64,000 nucleotides of DNA from assembly GCF_009914755.1 (NCBI RefSeq), contig NC_060931.1, one strand, 5' to 3'. Shown here piece after piece: positions 48,417-61,989 of the stretch. The DNA is from the human T2T-CHM13v2.0 reference genome, Homo sapiens. The stretch's first letter is position 1. Each line of letters opens with the position of its first letter. The notes below the pieces were generated by a model that made no database searches, was not told the origin of the DNA, and saw only the letters and a program-made list of their open reading frames with translations. The position numbers were made by a program, and so were the translations under genes.

Positions 48417-48853
48417 AGGCAAGGGCATGAAGGCCATGGGAATCACCATGTTGGGTGGACCCAGTTTCTAATGGCCTGCATTTGCATATCAAAGTTTGCC
48501 TACCTGGCTCTCAACATATCTCCCCACATATCTCCACATGTGTAGAACATCCAGGGCACCCTGCATTTGCATATTAAAAGGCTACAGTGGGAGAGCCAGC
48601 TTTTTTGCAGCTATGTCAATGACATGCCTGGTCAAACCAATCCCCTGAGCCCTATGCAAACCAGACATTGCCTCATCCAGCCTCTGCATATATACCTAGC
48701 TGGTATCTGCATCAGGTGAGGACTTCCTCTTTCGGCTTTGGAGCCCCTCTCCCTCTCTCTGTACAGGGAAACTTCTTCCTTCTCTCTTCTCCCTTCCTTC
48801 TTGCCTATTAAACTCTCTGTTCCTTAAAACCAAAAAAATAAAAAATAAATAAA
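48417..48853 (+). mobile_element. ERV1-class LTR fragment (U3-R; possibly LTR9/27/28 group) inserted as a polyadenylated retrocopy
   Basis: LTR-like text (atgcctggtcaaaccaatcccctgagccctatgcaaaccagac); ATTAAA at 48807-48812; A-rich tail at 48832-48853; TSD taaacactttattgtc at 48401-48416 and 48854-48869. Confidence 0.8.
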
Positions 48854-49311
48854 TAAACACTTTATTGTCTTTAAGTCATCAATCATTTCTCAATTCAAAT
48901 GCTAATTACTTTTCAAACAGACCCTTTCTGAAAGAGTTAACTCTGCCACTATTATGATTATGAGAGAATTCATGGTTCTGTTTCATGGGTACAGGCAAGT
49001 AGAAGACACATTAATGTACCAGCATACAAGTTATTTTCTACTCCTAAGAGCTCTAGGAAGAAATAGAAGGAATACGAGGCACATCTCTTTCTTTGTTAAT
49101 GGTTTTATACAGTGTCTGTTACCTTGCAAGAACTCAATAGTTTATATCTTGAACAGATGAGCATGCAAACAAACATGAATTTGGTCTCCACTAGAAATAC
49201 TGCAATGGTTACCAAGGGCCAATAGAAACAAAAGGTGCTTTTACTGATTACTTAAGCCATTTATTTATCTTACAATGAAATTTTACATAATTTACTTCAG
49301 GTACCATATGA

Positions 49312-49702
<391 letters not shown>

Positions 49703-50269
49703 AATAATAGGTTTATGTAAGATCAGATGAACTTAAGATTACTCTAATTCTAGGCTATTTCTAGACTGTTGCTTAAGTAGATAGATGGGTAGTTTCCCAG
49801 GTTAGATGCTGGAATGCTTGTGGTGGGCACATTTTAATTCAATATTTGGGAGGAAAACGTGAGAGTAAACACACATCCTGACAGCCAAGAGAGCTGGTAC
49901 TGGAAGGAATAAATGTTACCCAAAACTTCTAAATTCTGGACTGCTACTTTTACATCTTTATCTCTCCATACATTTCTCTCCCCTTGAATGGGTCTCTTCA
50001 TCATCCTTTTTAAACCTAAACATCTACTCTCTATTTGTTTGTAGGCATTTAGATTGTTTATCTTTCTAAATCAACTGACCTATTTCCTCACATGGTGGAT
50101 ACTTCTAAGAGCTAGAGAAATAGATGACTTGGCAAAATTTGAGACTGGGATTTTTAAAAGGTTTGCCAGATCAATGTTCCAGATCAATTTTAACTCCTTA
50201 TCTTGCTGAACTTGGACCTGTTGCCATTCTTCTTAGAGGGAGAGGAACTAATGTGTAGTGCTTAAATTC

Positions 50270-50500
50270 ATAGACTCAGTGCTTGAGTTTGAATCACACG
50301 CATTTTCTAGCTGTGTGAGCTTAGGCAAGTAACTTAACTTTTCTGTGTCTTTTCAGTTTCTAAGCAGAATTTTGTAAAATGGAGTTCATAATAGTACCCA
50401 TATCAGTGGATAGAAGATTGTATTAAATAGGTCAATTTGTGTAATACTTTTAGAACAGTCTCTGGCATACCGTAAACACTCAAAAAGTGTTAGCTACTTT
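50270..50500 (+). mobile_element. MIR
   Basis: gagtttgaatc...tagctgtgtgagcttaggcaagtaacttaacttttctgtgtct...tgtaaaatggag. Confidence 0.75.
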
Positions 50501-50789
50501 TTATTGTCCTGTGTCTGTATCCCTGTAGCCTTAAAGGAAAACGTGCTCCTTGTGGCAGCCAGGACTCCCTCTCATGGCATTGTAAGTTTCTAGCAGGGCA
50601 GGAGAGAAGGGGAGCCTAAACACACACTCACTTGGGTGTACTTTGAGGTGAGGAAACTCTAGTGGACCCTTTTCACTTTTTTATTTTCCCATTCCCATAG
50701 CGATGACTAGCAAATTTCTAGGAAAAGTAAAAATAATTTTTCATCAGTACAATTTGATATTTTTATTTGGTCTAATCCATTTTAAAAAA

Positions 50790-51235
50790 TGGCTGAAAGT
50801 AAGATAATGCGCAACAGATAGAGTTTTACTTTTCTCACAACCTAGGGAATCTAGAGTATTGGTTCAGTGGCTCAGGGGTGTCAGCACTTTGACTCTGAGA
50901 TTCTTGTGGCCTTTTCCTCATGTTTGTTGCCTCTTTGTCTGTTTCCTTCTGCCTGAGAAAACAAAAGCTTACTCAGAACTACCCCTCCCACCTCCCTCCC
51001 TCCCCTCATACCCAAGAACTTTCTGCTAAAGTTCTCATTGGCTAGAAATGGGGCATCTGCAAACCCCAACTGCAAGGGAGCTTGGGAAAGTGGTGAATAG
51101 AGTACTCAGAATTGGTCTAAACAGATCATGCTCTTTTGCTTGGAACTGGGCACTGACTCTGAGCATTCTCAGGCATCTGTTTTCAAATAAAATGTGGGGA
51201 GGGATGGGCATTAGCCAGACCATTAGCAATGTCTT
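50790..51235 (-). mobile_element. Old MaLR LTR (MLT1K/L-like)
   Basis: tctcattggctagaaatggggc...aactgcaagggagcttgggaaagtgg; degenerate. Confidence 0.55.
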
Positions 51236-52400
51236 CTATAGTAGCTTTCATACTGGTTAATCTTGCCTGTCTCAGTGGTAAGCGCTTTTACTTGAATTAT
51301 CTTCATTATTAATAAACAATAGTATAAATAGGTACCCCTTTTTACAGTGCAGAAAAATGAGGCAGCTAATAGGTGGTGAAGATGGGATTCAGGCTAAGGC
51401 CATCTGATGTCACGCTAGTGCTAACCCCCACCTGTCCATGCAATTATATTAGAGCTAGAGGCAAAGTGATTACCTGACCCCTCCTTGAGAAAATGAAATG
51501 TGATTTGTCAGGCTATTACTAGAGAGAAGAATCTCTGGAGTCTTTTATATGAGAATCCTGAACATTGAACTACGTGTCATGGCAAGTGACCCAGAATCTC
51601 TGAGAAGCACAGCCTCCCTTCTGAGCCCCTAGGTATATTCCTCTCTGTCCTCATTTGAGGAACTCTATTTTGATCTCTTTTATCCTTCTGCCTGGGATCT
51701 CTTTCTCTGTCAATTTATGGCAAGTTCCAGTAAAATATAACTCCTACAGTGTGGGTGACCCTGTACATTCTTTGACTTGTGAGAATTACCCTTATGTAAT
51801 GAAATCTTTTCAAGAAACACTCACATACAATCAGCGTGCCTCCTTTCGGTGTAGGGAGGAGCACAAGGTTCACCAAGGATGTGGTCACATATTTTCCACT
51901 CTGATTGCACTTACACCTGGTTTGAGGCCTAATTATGCCATCAGCTCTGGCCCAGATGTCTGGCTGTGCAGCTGCAGGGAGAGTTGGTGCTGGGCTCACT
52001 TACAGGGAATTTAGTGGACTTTCACAGAGAATATCAAGGAGCTCCTTGTTTAGACTAGAGAAATGCTAGGGCTTCTGTTTTATTTTCACTCTTTTTTTGG
52101 CAGCGGCAGGCCTGGGTATACATTGGGGTAAGCAAAGTAAAGTATGATGCTCTAGCACCTGGCAGTTTGTAATGGGGAAGAAGACACTTTTCCTTGTAAT
52201 GTCTCCCCTCCTCCACCAAAACATATTTCTAACAGTGGTTTTTCTCCTTTCCAATCTTCAGCCCAGAAGTGAAAAGCCATTCTGTATACTGGACAAGTTA
52301 TTAACACTTCAATGTAAGGATTATCTGGTCTACTCATAAATTCTCAGAATCTGGGAAAGTGTCAGGGCAGCTATGGAGACTTTAGTACCTACCTCTAGAG

Positions 52401-52718
52401 CAGGGGGGTCAGCAGTGTTTTCTTGTAAAGGGCCAGATAGTAAACATTTTGAACTTGCTGGTCATATGCTTTCTGTTGACTCTATGGTTGTAACTCAAAT
52501 GCACTCATAACAATCTGTAAATGAATGAGCATGGCTGTGTTCACTTGTGAACTTTGAAATTTGAATTTCACATAATTTTCAAATGTCGTAAAATATTCTT
52601 CTTCTTTTTTTCTCAACCATTTGAAAATGAAAAAAAAACATTTTTATCTCATGGTTCATACAGAAACAGGCAGTGGGTTCTACTTGGCCTATGGGCTGCA
52701 GCAGCTTGTTGACCCCTG
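52401..52718. mobile_element. MER58B-like hAT element
   Basis: caggggggtcagca...tgtaaagggccagatagtaaacatttt...ttgttgacccctg terminal inverted repeats. Confidence 0.85.
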
Positions 52719-52729
52719 TTCTAAATGAC

Positions 52730-52892
52730 CTCTATCTAACAGAAACTTCTGTGATGGTTGAAACGTTCTATAATATTGAGCACTTGAAATGTAGCAATTC
52801 AATGGAGGAACTGCATTTTGAATTTTAATTAATTGGATTGTAAATTTAATTTTAAATAGCCACCTGTGACTAGTGGCTGCCTTATTGAATAG
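52730..52892. mobile_element. MER3-like hAT element
   Basis: agaaacttctgtgatggttgaaacgttcta...attgagcacttgaaatgtagc...aaatagccacctgtgactagtggct. Confidence 0.75.
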
Positions 52893-53336
52893 ACCTAGAG
52901 ATCTTCTATTTATCTGACCAAGATTTAAAACTTCCAATTTTTGTGTCTTTAGGTCAGAATTTTAAATTCCTGGAAGAAAAAATGTGGCTGGCCTAGTTAG
53001 GGCAAAAATCACTGACAGTTGTCTTCAGGAGCCCTATTACTGGTTGGGTCAAGTGGGATTTCCTGCAGAACAGAGCCTGCATATACAACCTGATGGAGGT
53101 TTGCTACAATTTTCCTGAAGTCTTTGAATTTTAAAAAGAGGTCCCTAATGGAAAGCAAGGAAATGACTCCAAGATGATATATGGTTGGTAGAATCAGAGT
53201 ATGAGAAACATTTTGTTGCTATGCATTTTAGCACTCTTCAATTCATATTGTGAAGTTGACTTGAATAACTCTGGGCCTGTCAGATAATATAATTGGCCCT
53301 TTAAAATATGCTGTATGTGTAGCCAATTAACAAGCC

Positions 53337-53640
53337 TTTTTTTTTATTTTTATTTTTTTTGACAGCGTCTCGCTTTGTCACCCAGGCTGGAGTGCAGTGG
53401 CCCAATCTCGGCTCACTGTAACCTCTGCCTCTTGGGTTCCAGTGATTTTCATGCCTCAGCCTCCTGAGTAGCTGAGATTAGAGGCATGTGCCACCAAAAT
53501 CGGCTAATTGTTGTAATTTTAGTAGAGACATGGTTTTGCCCTGTTGGCCAGCCTGGTCTGGAACTCCTGGCTTCAAGTAATCTGCCCCCCTCAGCCTCCC
53601 AAAGTGATGGGATTACAGGTGTGAGCCACCCTGTCCAGGC
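53337..53640 (-). mobile_element. AluS/J
   Basis: Alu reverse complement; aacaagc at 53329-53335 and 53641-53647. Confidence 0.92.
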
Positions 53641-56600
53641 AACAAGCATTGCTGAGCATCTACTATGTTTTAGGCACAGTGCTAAGTGCCTTCACAAATT
53701 GTTTCAGATTTATTCTTCATCTCATGAAAATTCTTATATACAATGCTGTTTCGTGAAGAACTAAAATGAAATTGAATGCCCTCATCATGAAAATGATTAT
53801 TATTCTGTTACAGAGATACTTCGAGACGATATTGTGGAAAATAAAAGACTTTAATCTTACATTTATGTTCAGAGTCTTGGCCTAACAAATTGATGGCATG
53901 ATTGCCAGTTTAAGCTCCCAATCATTCTTAAGGTCTATTGGAAACCCCATACCAATAGTTTCTTTGGAAACGTCCTTGTTTGTGTGATGGGCATGTGGGG
54001 GTGGCGACAGTAATTTAGAATGAGAGATAAAGCAAGATCTGACTGACAGGTGACATTTCATCAGAGATTTAAATGGTAGGAAGGTGCAAGTTGGAAGATT
54101 TTGGAGCAGAGATTTCCAGGAACAGTGACAGTAAGGATACTACCTCAGAAGTTAGCTCCTTTGTTAGAAGAAGGAAAGGTGGTCAGAAGGATCTGAAGCA
54201 TAATGTGGCAGGAGGGCACCAAGAGGTAAATTCTGGAGATAGCTAGTCATTGGTTAGATTATGAAAGAAGGCATGTTAAACACTTAACACAGACCCGGGA
54301 AGGTACTAACATTAGCACATAATAAACAAAATTACATCACTGAGTTTGAAGAGTCAGAACTGTTTCCATATGGCTGAGTTGAAGGTTAGGAATTAGCCAA
54401 ATGGACATGCATCTAATTGAAATAGAAAATAGGTTTATGGAATTATGTCTCAAGTTTCCCTCAAGGTATCACAGACAAAATAATTTGGGATGAAAGGCCT
54501 CATAGTAAGCCCAGCAAGGGCACAGGGCTGTCCATAACCCACTGAACATGGGTGAGTTGGATCTCTTTTGGTCTTCTATAGGGATTTTTAAAAAAATCTC
54601 AAAATGCTGATAAATTAAAGGATTCAATAACCAAGAAACACTAGCATTTCAAATCATAGAAGATGTAGAGCTAAGATATCTACATATAAGCGATTTGTTC
54701 TCAACAGAAATAAAGAAAACTTATAAGAACTTAGTAGGACAAGAACAAAACAAATCAAAACAAATTAACCAAGCTATTAAATCTGCAGAGCCCCAAAGAA
54801 GCTGTATGTTCAATGTAATCTGCAGTCTAGTTGCTTGAGTGCTGGAGCCTGGCACAGCAACTAAGGTTTAGAGTCACAATTTGTGAAGGTGCTACAGCAG
54901 TAGGGTTTTAAATTTCAATGAATGAAGGCAGAAACAGGATTCCATTAATATGACTCATTTGCTTTGTTAGAAATGTGTAGAAATATATTTGTGAACAGGA
55001 AGTAGCAAGGTAGTCTTTTCCATGGAAAACATGCAAACCATTTTGAACATATTTACTTATTATAGAAAAGTGGAAATGACAATTGCTGCTGCAAATGCAG
55101 GCACAATTGACAAAATGTAGACAGAACGTTATCCTGATGAACCTGTGCAATGCATCAATCCATCATACAGGCCATTTGCATAAGGTATCTGCCCAGATTT
55201 CGAGCATTGGCACAAAGTTTATGTGAGATCACTATCAAATGTATTTCACATGATGTAGTAGTAAGAATATTAATGAGGATTGTGCAGTTATGAATTTGCA
55301 CAAGCATAGCAAATGAAAACACTTTGAGTGCAAATAGGTTTAGTTCATTATCGGCATCAATATTATTAGAAATAAACTTTACACAGTACAGACTTGCTCT
55401 TATAAAATATTTACTTATGAAAAATTTGTATTGCTACTGGTAACAGTGCCTTAGTAGTATATAATACAGATAATTCTTCTAATACATGGAAGAGCTTATC
55501 AAACTGAAAATAAAAGACTTTCTTATGGTTACTTAAGGAAAGAAATGACAGCAAGTATATATTTGCCAAGAACTTTGGTTGAATCTAAAGCATAAGAATG
55601 ATCAGGTTTTAAGTTGTTCATGAGGTTTTAGCTGGTTTTTATATCTGATTCATCACAACCATTCTGTTTTACTTTAACCATAATAGCAGTTTCTCAACGA
55701 CACTAAGAAGAACATAAAAGTAGTGAGGACAAGGGTTACCAGGGCAGTGATACAGAGCTGGGGTGTGGGTATGGGGAGAGGTGTGGCATTCATTTTCCAT
55801 CTCCATTATATCCTTTTATTTCAGAGATACAATTAGACATAAAAAATAAACCACTGTAGTTACTTCAAGCACAAATGGTGACTATGACCAAGGGTATAAA
55901 ATGATTTCATTGCATAAATATTATCATTCTTTCTTTAGAAGGAATACTTTCACTGTACCTGCTTTGCTTTAAAATTTCTTGGAAGTTTTAAAATAAAACA
56001 AACAAAAAGCTTTCCTCTGTTGACAGCAAGTGGTTGAATCTTACTTCAGTTCTGCTGCTTCTAATGAAGTTGTATCTTAGTTCTTTGCAGCTGACTGGTC
56101 TCCAGCCAGTCCCCTCTTCCCTAGATGGTATAGCTTCAAAGGCCCACTTCTGGCATTGCAATATTGGTCCAGCTTTGCTGACCTCCCATCAGATAAACTT
56201 GGCCTTTTCAATCTCAAGGGGTAAGCCTAGTTCTCACATATCTCTGATTCCCAAAGGCAAGCTAGCGCTGAAAAATTATTTTTTGCCATGTGGCAAAATG
56301 AAGTCATCAGTAGAAATATGTTTTAATCTTTTTTAAAAGTTGGCTTATTTGAGTATAAAATAACTTGATTTTAGAAAACACACTCTTCCTTTTCACAATT
56401 TTGGTTCATTCTTTTAGCATGATTTACATAAAACTAGAAGCATTAGGGTTGAAGATACACCTTGATAAATGAATTACGATTAAAATATCTGTCCAAGAAG
56501 AGCAAAGGTAGCCTGAAATCCACCCATTTATAATGTTTTACTTTCTGCTAAAGGAGGATTCTTCCAGGAATACCATGTGAGATAAAGAGTGGGAAGGAAG

Positions 56601-59559
56601 TCTTCCCACAGACCATTGAGCAATAATTTTATGGTAACCACTTCATGTCCTATCCTATTTCTGTAATAATTTTTGACAAACTACAGCAAATTCTTTCAGT
56701 TTTTGGGCACCAGAGAAATTTGATGCCCCAAATATTGATTTTCTAATGTAATTGCAATTTTATCTGAAGGAATTCCAAACAAATGGAAGTAATAGTCATA
56801 TGTACATAAATTCAAATATATATCAGTTAAAAGAATAGGTGATTCGTATGTGCATACACACACAAATATTCTTTTTGGATGAACTGAAGTGATTCTAATG
56901 GTTTTAGTTTTCTTCTTTGGAAAGATCATCCATTATTGAAGCTTGGAATGCAGCCCTCCAGGGAACAATGTAATCTATAAGTGGCTGAGATTTTCAGTTA
57001 TATCTAGTAATTTCTCAAATATTCACTTCACTTAGCATTAGTGTTTACTGATAATTTTTATAATATCCAGGTTACTATGTCTGATTTTTTTGATCACTTT
57101 AAAAAATATAATGACTGATTACTCACCAATTTGCAGAGCTATTTAATAATCTTTAAATATGCACTTCTAAATGCACTTGGCTGGTTTGAATGTCTTTGTG
57201 TGTATGTGTGTGTGTGTGTGAGGTTCTTCCTAAATATCCACAATGCAAGGATGAAGCATTTAAAAGTGGCTTAAATACACAAACTGTTCAATTTAAACCT
57301 ACATAAATCAAGTTTGGTTCAATTATGTTTATTCCATCTGTTTTTATCATCTGCTGTTACAATAATTTATCATTTCTACATGGTATTAAAATGTAAATGA
57401 ATCAAGAGAGGAAACACATCTGTGGACTCTTAGTTAATAAAACTACACTCAGAAAGTAAGCTAAGTCATAATAATTAATTAAATTTCACTGCCCATATAT
57501 GCTTGTAATTATATGTTTAGTGTGCATTTGCATAATCACATAATGGGATCTATATGATTCATGCTCTGCTGAGCATACTCTGGATGCACAAATCACCAAT
57601 TCAAAACTGGAGCTGCTTATAAAGACATCACAGAGACATTTTTTTTTTTTCAGGAAATGATGTATAGGAAGTAAATAAGAAATATTTAAAAATATTTAAA
57701 TATTACATATTCTTAATGTTTAGCAGAGTAATGATGGAAAAGACAATTTAAGTAACAGACAAGCCTTGGCTTTTTTTTTTTTTTTTTTTGAAATTTTGCT
57801 TTTAAAAGTACACTGCTCTTTCTCTCTTGCCAGAAGTGTATTTAGTAACTTTTGATCAGGGAAAGGTTTACTCTTTTGAAGAAGTGGAGTGAGCAGGTTA
57901 GATTAGGTATTGTTTTGGGTCATGTTGTATGTAAAGAGTCTCTCACTCATGAGAATTTTTTACTGAATCACCTTCCAATTATTCTAATCTCACAATTAAT
58001 TAATTAAAAATGGAGCCTAGATAGTTGTTTTAGGACCATATCCTGGGGAAAAATTATGCATACTGGCCTTAAACACTAAGATATATGCAACTTATGACAT
58101 TTGCTGAAGGTGCCAGGACAGTTTTTAGGAGTGACACAGCAGACAGCAGAGCTCTAGACAAAAATCTATTCTAGGCACTGTCCACCTCCACTTCCTCAAA
58201 ACCTAGTCCTCTCCAGCTGCCCTCTGATTAGCTGATCAGAATAACTCTCAGCAAGTTGTGAATGACAGACTTCACTTTCTCAGGCATATTTGCATATTGA
58301 AAAAGAAGTTTGTAATTCAAATAACTTTTGAAAATGCCAATTTGTTGAAACCAGTTTCCTACTTGGTGCCCTTTTCTTGTTCATCAGGGCCTCAAGTTCA
58401 ATTGTAAACTCCCTGCATTTAGCACTGCTTGCCAGGCTTAGCATCATTCGATCATCTTTTCTTTCCCCTCCTGCCTCCCTCATCTCACACCATTTGTCCT
58501 TCTGTTATTTAAGAGTTTAATTACCAAGAAACCCCAAGTAACGTAAGTTGAGTGTGGCATTTTTTTAAGGGAAAAATGATGTCAAGGACATGACTGTTTG
58601 GGTCTCACAATTATATTCTTACCTGTGCTAATGTCAGGAGAAGGTCAGTTGTCAGTAATGTCAGGAGTAATGTAAGGAGTAGGTCAGTTGCCTGGCTGTT
58701 CCAACTACCTGTTAATTGAGGTTGCTAAAATGTGATTAGAATAAATCAGAAGTATGGTACGTCAGTTAACTCAGATATCTAAGGACAATTTGTTTTATAA
58801 GTGGACAAAATAAAAATTGTTCCTCCTCCTGCCAAAGAGTTGGTGTTTGTGTATGGAAATAAAAACACAACCCTTGGTATAGACACCACACACTGATTTA
58901 TCCACTAAGCACTTTCTCAATAGGTTAAACAGATTCAAGTTGCAAGCTGAAGCAATAGGACAGGCTACCAACCCAGACAACAACCAGACAAACAGTTAGT
59001 TGAAATTCTAAAACCGAAGAGTTCAAACATTAGTATTTATTAGTAATAAGTGTGTTTGTTTTGGTATTTACATTTTAAACTCTTTTTGGAAAATACACAC
59101 CTTTCCTCCCTAAAAACCTCAAACATTTAAGAAAAACCCAAAGATAGAACAACATCTACAGAAAAGGTGAAAATACTTTGTTGTTATGGAAATGAAAGAA
59201 AAAAATTAAAACATATTTTGAATAGGCCTGATGAAGAAAAAGACCAATAACTCTCACTCAAGGAAATTTCGAGTAAGTTAAAATACTATGATGCATCAGT
59301 ATATCTAATAATTACTTATTTTGAACATAAAGAAAATACATGATTTTGATTAATATAATAAGTTTCTCACTGTCTGTGTTAAACATTACATCCTTGCTTT
59401 CCTCTTGAATCTTCTTGTCAGCAGAAGCAAATTCTTTTATCCTGTATGACTTCTCCCTTTTTTAAACTTTTAATTTTGAAAGAATTTTAAACTTACAAAA
59501 ATCTGCAAAAATAATACAGAGTTCTGCATACCCTTCACCCAGCTTCCCTCTGAAAAATG

Positions 59560-60420
59560 CTTCTGACAATGCACAATTGATAGACTCCTGGAATGACTTC
59601 ATTCAACCTAAAGTTATCTCACACAATAGTGTTTCTGGCAAAGGAAATCATTTCACAGTAGAAGTGAGCCCATAGGCAACAGAATCTACTAGTCATACGT
59701 ATACCTTATCACCCAGAAAAAGTTGGCCTCATAGGCATGTGGAATGGCCTGCTAAAAACTCAATATTATTCACACATGAGGACAATAAGTTGGTGATGCT
59801 GTATTACAGGATACTGTATATGCTTTGAATGGGCAGCAAGTGTATAGTTCTCTTTCCCCCATAGCTAAATCCAAGGGGTAGAGGTAGTAGTAGAAAGTAG
59901 TAGGAGCAGTTCCTCTATTATATTTGATGACCTTTCCCTTTCCCACAACTTCTGTCTGTGGTGACTTTTTGCCCTAATTCCCACAAACTTTGTTTTAGAT
60001 ATTTGAAATGTCTTTGTTATCAGAGAAGAATGCTTCCTTTGGGGTTAGATGTAGAGTGGCATAAAGATAGATTATTGGATTGAATTAGAATTGAGATTAC
60101 CACCTGGCTATTTTGGGCTTATTATTCCACTAAACTGACAGACAGGAGGTTGCTAAACCGGCTGGGAAAACTGATTCCAATTGACAAGGAAAAGTTGGAT
60201 TGTTCTTGCATCTGAAGACGTCTGGGACCCAGAGGATCCACTTAGTACTTCTATATGGAAGAGCAAATGTCAATGGGAGATTAGAACAATCCAATAAAGG
60301 CTGGACTAGTAGAGGCTTAGCCTCTTTAAAGAAGAATGTGTCGATCACTCCACCAGGTAGAGAATCTCTACTGTCAAGGTGCTGGCTACAGATGTGAAAT
60401 GGATGGTGGGAAAAGAATGT
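59560..60420 (+). mobile_element. ERVL internal remnant: integrase and dUTPase-like fragments
   Basis: ISHNSVSGKGNHFTVEV and PYHPEKVGLIGMWNGLLKTQ (cf. ERVL IN SIASDQGTHFT...HHPEAAGLIERWNGLLK); LRLPPGYFGLIIPLN at 60091-60135. Confidence 0.75.
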
Positions 60421-60541
60421 GTTTAAGTGGTAACTGTCACCATAATCAGTTACTAGAAGGTAGAGCAGAAAAGATATGTTATTTGAGGTATATATTATGA
60501 ATATAAGGTTTGTATATATTGAGAAAGAATAAAAGCAACCC

Positions 60542-61048
60542 CTGACATCTGGTAACTGGTTTAATGCTCACAGCTGGGCCATGTTATTCTCCTGCTGGAC
60601 ATGAATGAACTCATGAAACATCACCATCAGACAAGGTCACTCTGAGGCCATGTTAAAACGAGACAAAAGCAGGGTAACTGAGTAAGCCACAAAAAACCGA
60701 GTATCTCCCTCTCCCAGATAGGATGAGTGACTGCTGCTTTAATTACAGATTTGTCCTCACTCTAGTCTGCTCTCTGTGCAGACAAGATTTACTAAAATAC
60801 TCAATCTTAGAATTACCCCTGCTTTCTGACAGGATTTCATTTCTGGTGAACTCCTGTTCTGTCATGTCCTATCCAAATCACCCAACTGAAGCCCAGACCC
60901 TCTCCTAGAATAGGTTCTTTCTAATACCCTCTTGCTGAGATGCCCAGATAAGTGTTCTCTGTGGTATGTGTGCTCGCCTTCTGCAGCAGTACAAGCCTGA
61001 CTTGTTCATCTTATTCACCTGGTGGTCTTTCGCTGAAGAATGTTAACA
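60542..61048 (+). mobile_element. ERV1 LTR (MER31/MER67-like)
   Basis: catcagacaaggtcactctg...cctatccaaatcacccaactgaagccc...ccctcttgctgagatgccc...cctggtggtcttt. Confidence 0.6.
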
Positions 61049-61124
61049 ATATTAACCACTCATTTTTCTTTCCTCCATCCCTTCTTCTACTACTACTATT
61101 TCACGTAAGGATTGTTATCTTTAA

Positions 61125-61280
<156 letters not shown>

Positions 61281-61506
61281 TAGTTTTTAGGTTACAGAAT
61301 ACTGTGGTAGGATTTTGACAGAGCTAGATGAGAAATTAACATTAATGGGGCATCTTCTTCTGTTTGAAGGTGAAGGTGAGGATATCTGGCTTAGTTTGTA
61401 TGAAGGATGGTTCCATCATGACAGGCAGATACAAGCAGTTTTTGCTCTATGAGACTTAAATATAGTAGATTGTAGAGACTGATGCTGAAGAGCAAACATG
61501 ATAAGC

Positions 61507-61989
61507 TGTGTAGACATTTGCCCCTTTGCTCTCAGATCTAGTCCCCCTTTCCTCCCCCTCCCTGTGATTTCCCAGGCTCCCTTCCCACTGGCTTACTATA
61601 TATTTTGGCCAGTGGGAGGCACTGCCAGAATACTGGCAAGCAGAAGTTGGGGAGAAGCTGATGGTGCTTCCAGTGGTGTTTAGGACAGTGGCTACATCTC
61701 TTCTGTGGTTCTAGATTCAGTCATAAAGCCCCTGTCACCATAGTCCCTAATCCCTGGTTCCAGCTCATATGTGAAACCTCCACTCTTTGCCTTTGATAAC
61801 ATCATCTGCTCCATTTGTTCACCTGCCCTAAAAAGGGTAGCAACATCCTGCTGTGTTAATTTTCTGTTTGCTTTAACTTTATATGTATTCAGTTCTTCCA
61901 ATATGTCTTTAAATAGTTACCCATATTGTTTCCTTTATTGAGATATTTGGATTAAATAATGTTTTCTTCATTTCACCTGAACTGATACA
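61507..61989 (+). mobile_element. ERVL LTR (LTR33-like)
   Basis: cccaggctcccttcccactggct...ttttggccagtgggaggcactg...ctttaaatagt...ctgaactgataca. Confidence 0.6.

Noticed and set aside
51366-51377. taataggtggt match to the left flank of the EIF4A1 copy, as a distant TSD
   Set aside because: Only 11 bp, 3.3 kb away and within MIR-like sequence; likely chance
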